A DNA stretch of 64,000 nucleotides from Eledone cirrhosa (lineage: Eukaryota): positions 355,384,001-355,448,000 of the forward strand of contig OZ024742.1 of the NCBI GenBank assembly GCA_964016885.1. The letters run 5' to 3'. The first letter of the stretch is position 1, and every line of letters begins with the position of its first letter. A program made the position numbers and the translations under genes. This document shows positions 54,616-64,000 of this stretch, in pieces. The notes beneath the pieces were generated by a model. It had not been told where the DNA came from. It worked only from the letters and a program-made list of their open reading frames with translations, and ran no database searches.

Positions 54616-57600
54616 GTAATAATGTAGTTGACTCAAATAGTTGTTTACTATTTTATAGATTTCGATAGAAAAAAAAGTCGACAGAAAATACTCCGTGGAA
54701 CCCTAAAGAATGGATTTAACTAGAGACCAGTAAATAAGTTGTTTGTTGTTTTACTGAAGATGTCAACCTAATTCACATACACTGAATCATGTACACACAT
54801 ACATGCATATATACATAGAAGGTTATAAGAACGATTTCTAATTTTGACACAAGGCCTCTATTTGTGATATAGTTAACATTGATTTTACTGATATGAGTAG
54901 TGTACAAGTACTTTAATTTGCCGATCATTTTAGGATGAAAGGCAATATTGACTTTCAAGGGAGTTGAACTCAGAACGTACTGAGTTGCATGAAATTGAGC
55001 AAAGCTTTCTGTCATACGTTCTTACGACTCCACTGCTCTCACACAGATTACGGTAACGAGAGGGATATGGAAAACAAACATTCAGAAAAGTAAAATAAAA
55101 AAGTAGAAGACCATTTAATTATTAATGAAATTGAAATTGAAAAAAACATGGAAACAAATGTGTGGCTAGAGGGCTATACATATCATTGTCGACACCCGAA
55201 TGCTCGTATATGCCCCAATAATTCGACTGAGATATCCTCGTTTAGAAATATGCTTTGAGCGCTTGGCAACTGTCTATGGGCGTAGCGTGCAGACATGATT
55301 TGCAATTGACCCAAGGGTGTAGCCAATTCAAAAAGTAGGGTGGGGAATTATGACAGGTCGCACGAATGACAAGTGATTTTGTTCTTCGTCATCGTTCTAG
55401 AATATGTGTTAATATGACTACCTTAGCATGTGTAAGTGTATCAGCAGGCACGACAAGTTGATACTATCTTGGAAGGAATGTTGGAAGCAGAAGGTATTCC
55501 ACACTCACAGAACATGTTTCTTCCATAGCAAATAAAAGAATATTCCAATTAATATAGACATATATGATTAGTTTCGCTGTGAAATTCTACTTGGCAATGA
55601 AGACACTCATCATGAATACATCCCAACAGATGATATATATATCTGAGGGAACTGGATGTGTTAACCAAATTTAAAGATAAATTAAGATATATGACAGAAA
55701 ATGTAAAGTGAAAGCAGAGACAGTCATTATAAAAGGACATGCACGCCGACATTGAATAAGGATTCATTTAGTTAATTAGATAGCAAACACCTCTGACATT
55801 ACAAATACGCACAATGTATGGGATATAGCAGTAATAGGTATTTCTCCCATATAAATATATTTGCATATAATGAAGAAACATTAGATATAGACAGGGCTTG
55901 TAGTTTGAAATGGTCCCAATATATATTGTATTTGTCTAACTATCGAGTGCATGCTTCGTGTATTAAATCAACGCAACATCCAAAGATGTGACCCACGTTG
56001 ATGGGATAAGGTTACCCACAAAATACAAATTGTAGGCCCTATCGAAATGTGTGGATTGATTCACGTAGTTCTGAGACTGAACAAATCGTGGCCTGTTCCA
56101 TAGAGTCATATTATCACCTAAGAATGGCTCAGCAATGTGGGACTCCGGATTGCAGATCATTAAAATACTTTATTATTATATCTAAATAAGACACTATGGG
56201 GACGGCAAAAGGCCAGACGGCACGACCATCTTTCCGTCACATTCTCCAGCAGCAACGGTGCGCAGTCGGGAACTAATCCAGGCTCTACTGCACTTCGGTC
56301 TAAGGAGGGTATACTCTCCAAATATCGGTCGCTCCCCGACCATTTTGCGGTCGAGCCCAGAGCATTGGAGACCTCTGGTGACCTTGGCCCTAGGACCACC
56401 AGCATCGCAACTGAGTGGGCTACTCGTAGATGTGAACTTCTCGAACTGGAGTATGTCTTCCAATACGTCTCCCCTCCCCGTCATCCGGGGAAATGCCTCC
56501 TCTATTATTTCTGCCAGGGCCGCAGGGCAGCCAGTGCGTGGGCTCCCGTTTGCTTATGAAAGTGAGAGATACTACAACGGATTTCGACTGGCACTCCAGT
56601 AATTTCACCAATCCACCAGTCACATCCAAATTCACATCAGTTCATTTACAATAAACAGCTAACAATATCAATGATTTTATGTTTGTTAGGCTTTCTAAAA
56701 TTACATTGCTCCATAGAATTATCAGTGTTAGGCACTTTAACAACTTTCAAATATATAAAACCTATATAATAATTCTGTAGTTTTCAATTTTCTCAATATA
56801 TTCATCAGTATTCGTTACTGGTTTATGTTCATATGTTCAGCTCTACTGCGTTGATTGCAATTAGAAGAAAAATAAATTATATTCAAACAAATGTAGATTA
56901 AAAGAGATGAAACTGAAAGATTAAGCAGTAGCAGACTACTGTTGAATAAAATGTTCCTTCTCTGTTTTCCTGATTCTCTTATATGATTTGAGATCGATGA
57001 AAATGTAATATCATTCATTCCGTTTTATATCTTGGCAACTAAAACATCTTCGACAACTGATGGACATCGTTTCACACATGAGGTTACTTGCGAAACATTT
57101 ATAAATGTCAACTGAGGTTAAATATTTGTTTAATCGTTTTGAAATAAATTTGGCAACAATTTCAATTTCTGATCTCGAAATACTTAATATTCTCAATTAC
57201 AGACAAAAATCTATCTCGGAGATAGATGTTTACAAGGACTTCGTATTCCCTAAATAGATCACAATCACATGATATTTGAATAATTTTAGCAATGGCCTGT
57301 TGGTAAACAAGGCAGGTAATCAATTAAAGGTAATGTTGAAATTTACTTTAGGCAATACGAAACAATTATCAATAAATGAGGTAAAAAGAACTTTGATTTA
57401 TTTAGTTAAAGTAAATTGATAGGTGTGTTGCTTGACTGCTGGCTGTAAATACTGCGACACAATTGCTCAGCTATCCGTGCTTTCATTTTGATTTCGATAT
57501 ATGTTTGCAGCAACTCATGTATCTATATTTGCAGGGACCTTACAGGAGTTAATGATGTGACATCCAGATATTCGCGAATTCATGATATGTAACTTCCAAA

Positions 57601-58184
57601 CAACTTTGCAGCATAATAGGAGTAGATTTTATAGAATAGAAAATGCAATAGGAGAAAAGGTTTAGTTTGTATTATCATTGAGTTGAGTCAACACGAGGAA
57701 ATGTTCTCGTGGATTTTGGTGACCTTCATTGACTGGGAAAAGCAATGCAGAGATAAATACACTGCTTCAAAACATACACAGTAACTTCATTTATTTAGGC
57801 ACATTCTTAGTAAGAAGGTGAATGCAATAACAATAGTAAATATATATAGTAAATAAATTGTTCATGTTCCAGGATGGTTCATAATATTTATGCCTAAATC
57901 AGATTTCGACTTTTACGATAAACTACAATTTAGACTACACGCTAGTGATTTAATAATTACGGGAAAGTATTTATCATGTATTTATCAATATAAGACCACT
58001 GTCTCCATCGCTTACTCTTGCTATATCATATGAAAGTGAAAAGTTCTGATGAGCTTCAAAAACTCTGAAAGAACCATAATTTTTGCTCTACAAAATTTAA
58101 AGTCTCTCCCATGTCCGAGAGCTCATCAAGCTGGTGTTTCACATGGTGTTTCACATGTGGTGGTAACGACGTAGAGTACAACAC

Positions 58185-58360
58185 TATCCCTGGACAAGAC
58201 GCCAGTCCATCGCAGGTTTAAAGGCCAGAGATACTGCCGGAATACATTTTAAACTGAGTAAACTGTAGCAACGTGAAATAAAGTGTTTGGTCATGAACAA
58301 AATACATAATCCTGTTCGAACCCATGACATAATGAACGTAAGTCCAACACCGTAACTAGC
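58185..58360 (-). mobile_element. Decayed tRNA-head SINE of a second family
   Basis: Minus strand has B-box-like gggttcgaac, then cactttatttcacgttgctacagtttactcag and cctgcgatggactggcgtcttgtccaggg, typical invertebrate SINE central segments (from memory). Confidence 0.5.
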
Positions 58361-60352
58361 TTTGTAAACTATTTAATATGTACTAGTTTACAAATAGTGG
58401 AAATTACATAGGGTAATGTATATGATATTAGCTGCATAAATAAGCTTATTAACCTCGGTTGAGAATTGAAACTGTTTCATGTGACAAGCTCGCTAATACC
58501 CTGTACCCTGCAGGCATCTAAATGCCACAAACGCAGTTCAAAGCAATACAATTTATCTACAAATAAACGACTAAATCCACACCTATAAATGCATCATTGC
58601 ACATTCTGATAGTTTTGTGGAAAGTAGTTAATTTAGAAATTGCTACGATTTCGATTAGGCACATACCGTCTTCCGGATACAGTTTTGTAATCTGTGGCAA
58701 ACAATTGTACTAATATTACCAACTAACACGGACCTATTATGTTTACTCTCCTTCTCCTACTTTCTCTCTCTTTTCTCTCCCTCTCCCTCTCTTCCTCACT
58801 CCTTTCTCACTCTTTCACTCTGTCTTTCCTCTTACTCTTTCTCTCTCCCTCTTTTCTATCTCTCTCTTTCTCTCCCTCTTTCTCTTCCTCACTGCTTTCT
58901 CTCCTTCCCCACTCTTTCGCTCTTTTGTTCCCCTCACTATTTCTCTCTCTATCTATCAATCTATATATCTATATATTTCTCACACTCTCTACACTCAGAA
59001 TATTAAACAGTAGATCTACTTCAAGCAAAGAATACTGATATGATTATATCAACTTTATATTATCATTCAATAAAGTAGAAGTTGCAAAAACAGAGAAAAT
59101 TTACTTACTTAGTCACATTTTAACAGGATTCTGCTGTAAGTATTTTATATTGATTCTTATAATTAACATTCTTTTCTTTGCTTTCAACGCAACACGTTCA
59201 CTTCACTTGAACTAAGAGCCCTTTGCCAGAATTCACTGGCGCTTTTAAAATGCCTTATCTGAGAATTCTATTATTTGATTGTCACAAAAGTAAATGACAT
59301 GTCTATGGTTTGAGGAAATATATTATGTGTGAAGACTGCTCTACTTGAAGTTCTATTAATGTATGAGATAGGTGAACAGTGTGAAATAACTTGCCAAAGT
59401 CTTCAGCTGAAGCCCGAAGAAATAATGTACAGTTTAGGAAGGTTTGTAACATATTACACAGGTACGTCTTGAGGCAAAAGACTGTTGCTACATTCGCTAA
59501 ACATTCGTCAAATAATAAATTGAAAATTAAAGTAAAGGAATACATTTAACCGGCCGTATCCGGCCAGAATTCTCACATCTCTTTCAAACCGACTATAACC
59601 AGCCGCTCATACTGATGTGAAGGTATTGTTCTCAGAATAAATAATACCAAAATATCATAGATTCGATATTATGAGAGATAATGTTGTGAGGTAAAGCCTG
59701 TACCGTGAAAATATAATAGAATATATAGAGTAATGTAAATGCTAAATAGTTAAATTGTTTTTCCAGAGCCCTCAACAGGACAGTGACACTTATATCGAAT
59801 GGCTAATGTCCCATTTGAAGCGGCCCTCAAATGCTTAAAAGTACCATGAATAGAACATTTTGCAAAACTTAAAAATGGTAATGTGTTTTCTTTTGACGTA
59901 CGCCACAATATTACATTTTCATTTGAATCGGTAATGTGCTATGTGAGAATGTTCCATGTGACTGTTTTATTGGCTATTATTCCGAATTGCTAATGTCCCA
60001 AATGTCCACTTCAAAAACTTAAGGGCATTTGAATTGAGATATTACATATTAGTTTCAAATGACTATTGTTTTATTTGTTATATCACAAAAATATGTTTAA
60101 GGACTGCTCCAACAAGACATTAGCTATTACGTTGAATGGAATGTCTTACCAAAGATATTTAAATGCATCCCATATAGAAGATTATATAGATTATTTCAAA
60201 ATGTGAAATGCCACGTCGCAGGTGAACCAAAGACTTTCAGAAAGACAGTATACGAAATTGATATAAAATAGTATAGCTTGACATACACATTTGATAGCTT
60301 TTGTTATCTATATATATACAGCTGAGGATGACTGTGTGTGTATGTATGTGTA

Positions 60353-60391
<39 letters not shown>

Positions 60392-60559
60392 GTGTGTGTG
60401 TGTGTGTGCGTGTGGGTGTGCGTGTGTGTGTGTGTGCGTGTGTGTGTGTGAGTTTGAATCCCTAAAACTCGAGAAGTACCCAGCCGATCTTTTTTCAAAC
60501 TTTACATGTGTATTACTTATGGTTCAGGGAGTGTTATGCACATAAAAAATTTAACTTTT

Positions 60560-60882
60560 GATCCCCTAGGCCCGAATTAAGTGAAAACCTGCGTTTTTTC
60601 AGCTTTTTATGTTTTTTTTTAGGAGTTACGTCAGACCGATTTCCTTGAAATTGTAACTATGTAATAGCCAGTCTCTTCTTCATACCGTGAGCAAAGAAAA
60701 TCCAAATTGTTTATGGCCTAGGGCCCGCATTAGGTGAAAAACTACATTTTTTCAGCTTTTTAGGTCTTTTATGAGGCGTTAGGTCTAGCCGCTTTTCCCG
60801 AAATTTCAAGACACTATATGCACAAATAAAAAATCATTTTATCATCCCCTAGGGCCCGCATTAGGTGAAACCTGCATTTTTC
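60560..60882 (+). repeat. Three spaced imperfect repeats of cctagggcccgcattaggtgaaa..c..cattttt (period ~135-150 bp)
   Basis: Copies at ~60565, ~60717 and ~60848. Confidence 0.75.
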
Positions 60883-61827
60883 CTGCTTCATCGAGGAAAA
60901 TCTTTAACATTATCCAGCCATCAGAGTATTCGCTTTATTTTCTTTACATATTGTCCAGGAATGCAGTTTTTCCACGATTAGGTCTGTTGGCGGCCCGCGT
61001 TCCAAAATACTCTTTTACCAAATATTTATAACCAAATATATTTGATAATTTCTACTGATGGCTGCCTAGATGTTGCAGAGAAAAAGTATGGAGAAACATC
61101 TAAAACTTCATACTAAATAATTAAATTCATATAAAGTACTCAATGTGCGCAAATCATTCCTTCAATTATAGTGAAACTCTATCAAATACGTCGCTTGATT
61201 TCATTATCATCCCTCTATTTTATTTATTTATTTTTTTAAGGGGAACGTCGGAATCTCCTAGTTATTTCATGTCAGTTATTTCTTTCACAATGTTTACAGA
61301 ATACTCCGCGTTACAGTATTGCATAAAACATTTAGAGGGACAATGCTGTTATTAAATACATTACTTTATGTTATACTGGGTGTACTTCAAATATTGTAGC
61401 AAACCCTGTAGAATATCAAATAGATTCTCAGCTTGCGACAATCTGGCATGAAAACTATTTATGAAAACATGAAAGTGACTTCATTAAACTGTCATTAGAT
61501 TATCAGTCAGAGTGGCTCTGATGGTTGAGTTGCCTCTTATTTACACATACCCACAGTCACACATACACACGTATACAACGGCAATGTATTTAGGTTTTAT
61601 TGTGTATCAGCTTGTTACGCAGGTTTCGTACTGATTTGGCTCAGGGTCACACGAAGGAGTTATGGATCCGACTCCATATACTATTTCTTTATGTATTATA
61701 AATATAAATATGTGGTCGTTAAATTTATTATCTTGGCAATTTAAAATTCTCCATACGCAGTGTTGGTCTTCAAAATTTAAATGTTGTGTTTCTTATTAAA
61801 CAATGCTTCAGGCAAGCTACAAAACTG

Positions 61828-61860
<33 letters not shown>

Positions 61861-61867
<7 letters not shown>

Positions 61868-62115
61868 GGTTACACAACAGTTAGTTCACCATATCGAGAA
61901 CAATTGTTTCACTTTAGCGGATGCTCAGCTAGTAAAGGAGATGGGTATACGGAACAACTGTTTCGTATAACTATGTCCATTACGAGCTGAGGATCCGCTA
62001 AGGTGAAACAATTGTGCTCGGTATGGTGAATTAACTGTTGTGTAACCACTTCTACCTAACTCATCCCATGGACTGAGTGCTCTACCACTACGGATATTAC
62101 CTCCCAGTGTTCTAC

Positions 62116-62120
<5 letters not shown>
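61861..62120. mobile_element. Second copy of the small hammerhead fold-back element, within (TA)n
   Basis: Arms ~61861-61955 / 61956-62053. Hammerhead motif on + at 61983-62020 (GUG at the cleavage triplet) and on - at 61895-61932 (core mutated to CUGAGCA). Confidence 0.8.
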
Positions 62121-62160
<40 letters not shown>

Positions 62161-62236
62161 TATAAAGTTTTACATATTTGCAAGGATCACTTTGTGGCTC
62201 AATGACAAATTTATAAATTAAATAATCAGAGCTGTA

Positions 62237-62772
62237 TATCATAAAACATGCCGAAAGAATCACCAAATAAAATATATACCGTTTCCTCTCCCAATTTGCA
62301 TAATTAACCATATAAATAATCAATTAGACCAAGCTATAAGAATAAAGGCTCCTATGAAGAAAACTCCGACAAATAACCGAAAGCAGCCCCTTCGCAGCGG
62401 TTACGACGGATTATTTATCGAACATTTCGACAGCATGTATAAATCGACCAGATATACAGTCAACCAAACACAATAAGGTGTAAAATAAACTAGAAGAAAT
62501 GTGTACACTTTTCTTCTAGTTTATTTTACACCTTATTCTGTTTAGTTGACTATATATCTGGTCGATTTATACATGCTGACGAAATATTCGATAAATAATC
62601 CGCCGTAACCGTCGCGAGGGGGCTGCTTTCGGTTATTCCTCGGAGATTTCTTCATATGAGCCTTTATTCTTATAGCTTGGTCTAATTGAATTTTTATATG
62701 GTTAATTATTCTAATTGGGAGAGGAAACGGTATATATTTTATCTGGTGATTCTATAGACATGTTTTATGATA
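62237..62772. repeat. ~536-bp imperfect palindrome with no spacer (centre gtgtacac 62501-62508)
   Basis: 62237-62504 is the reverse complement of 62505-62772 with scattered mismatches. Followed by (TA)n. Confidence 0.93.
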
Positions 62773-62776
62773 ATTA

Positions 62777-62852
<76 letters not shown>

Positions 62853-63001
62853 CATATATATATATACACATATATATATATATACATATATAGTAATAAT
62901 AATAAAATTGAAGACTAAAATCCAAAGAGGGCTCGATAAGGAAAATATATATCAAATATATAAGAACCGTAGAGCAAATATTTATTAAAATAACAGATTA
63001 A

Positions 63002-63052
63002 AGTTTAAGCAAAGAATCGCTGCTTTCACCCTTAACGGGATCTTCTGAAACT
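63002..63052 (-). ncRNA. Type I hammerhead-like motif with CAGAAGA core; decayed relative on + at 15531-15582
   Basis: AGUUU-CAGAAGA-U(CCC GUUAA GGG)U-GAA-AGCA(loop)UGCU-U-AAACU. All three stems pair; U4 is replaced by A. Confidence 0.55.
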
Positions 63053-63141
63053 AACAAAGTCAATCTGTAAACGCAGAACTGGATATATCAAAAAACGTTG
63101 CAACCGGAGGAAGACAGGAAGACGATATTTTGGTTCGTGGT

Positions 63142-63411
63142 AACGTTCGCTGGCAAAGAACGGGAAAAAACGAATAATACGTCATTAATAGGAGCGGTGA
63201 AAAACAATTACGCGCAAAGACAAAACCACGTTCATGGTATAAAAGAGGTCGTAGACTAATGTTCTCTTAGGTGGTGCATAGAGACGTTCTCTGGCAATGA
63301 ACGAAAAAGCGAAGATAATAAGTCATATGTGGAGCGTGGAGAACAATAGCACGCAAAGACAAAACCACGTAAATGGTATAGCAGAAATCGTAGACTAAAA
63401 TTCTAACTAGG
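63142..63411 (+). repeat. Diverged tandem duplication, period ~140 bp
   Basis: acgttc.ctggcaa.gaacg...cgcaaagacaaaaccacgt..atggtata..tcgtagactaa occurs at 63142-63271 and 63283-63411. Confidence 0.8.
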
Positions 63412-64000
63412 AGACCAAATGAATCTCCGCTACAGAGTTAAGAACAAAGTAAATAAATACAATACAGAAGTAATAGAAACAAATAAATACATACACGCAA
63501 ATACATACATACATACACAAGCATACGCAAAACCTTACCATGGGTATACAAAACCACGCACATATAAATATGTGTGTGTGTGTATGCGTGTGTACAAATA
63601 AATAAATAATTATATAAACGTATATAAGTAAATAAATACGTATATAACAAGCGCACACGCATATCTAGATATAAATACACGAATGTTCGGAGACGTAAGT
63701 CAACTAAAACAAGAAGTACACATATACACACACCCACCATACGTACGAACCTGCACACTCACGCGGACGCAAATCTCCCGTATACACATAGCCAAACCCT
63801 AAATACCAGAATATGTAAAAATTATACTCTATAACAGTCAAATATACGTACGAGAAGGTATACATACCTTCACAAAGCATACGGGTAATATATACTTACC
63901 TATGCAAATAAGTAAAGGAATAAACAAAACATATACTTAGCTCCCACATCAAGACGTAAAATATCCACGTATAGATCGTGCTATCCGTTAGGGTATAACG

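Noticed and set aside
60560-60882. Spaced repeats resembling a CRISPR array
   Set aside because: Only three imperfect copies with ~100-bp gaps; more likely internal repeats of a DNA element.
62345-62600. CUGACGA and GAAAGC boxes in the large palindrome
   Set aside because: Wrong order and spacing with no consistent stems; not called a ribozyme.

Overview
AT-rich eukaryotic (animal) DNA full of (TA)n/(CA)n/(CT)n/(TAA)n microsatellites. The SINE and repeat content suggests a cephalopod such as Octopus; this is inference from memory, not a database hit. No intact host gene is evident and almost everything interpretable is mobile DNA. (1) 1-10200: three head-to-tail, decayed L1/Tx1-clade LINE copies, followed by an old RTE fragment. 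(2) 16299-23052: a near-complete Penelope-like element (Neptune-type Zn linker + C-terminal GIY-YIG) with a direct and an inverted pseudo-LTR, embedded in (TA)n. (3) 24374-37641: four R4/Dong-clade LINEs stacked in a (TAA)n tract; one keeps an intact 1130-aa RT/RLE ORF (30582-33974). (4) Further Penelope fragments, two short non-autonomous Helitrons and several tRNA-type SINEs. The most unusual signal is a recurring class of non-coding fold-back (inverted-repeat) elements in (TA)n tracts. Several carry type I hammerhead ribozyme motifs in both arms (37831-38052, 43204-43939, 61861-62120). The Penelope pLTRs and two other loci carry hammerhead-like motifs with non-canonical cores shared between copies. 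Most short ORFs in the supplied track are microsatellite or antisense artefacts. All structures were read by eye; no folding or database search was run.
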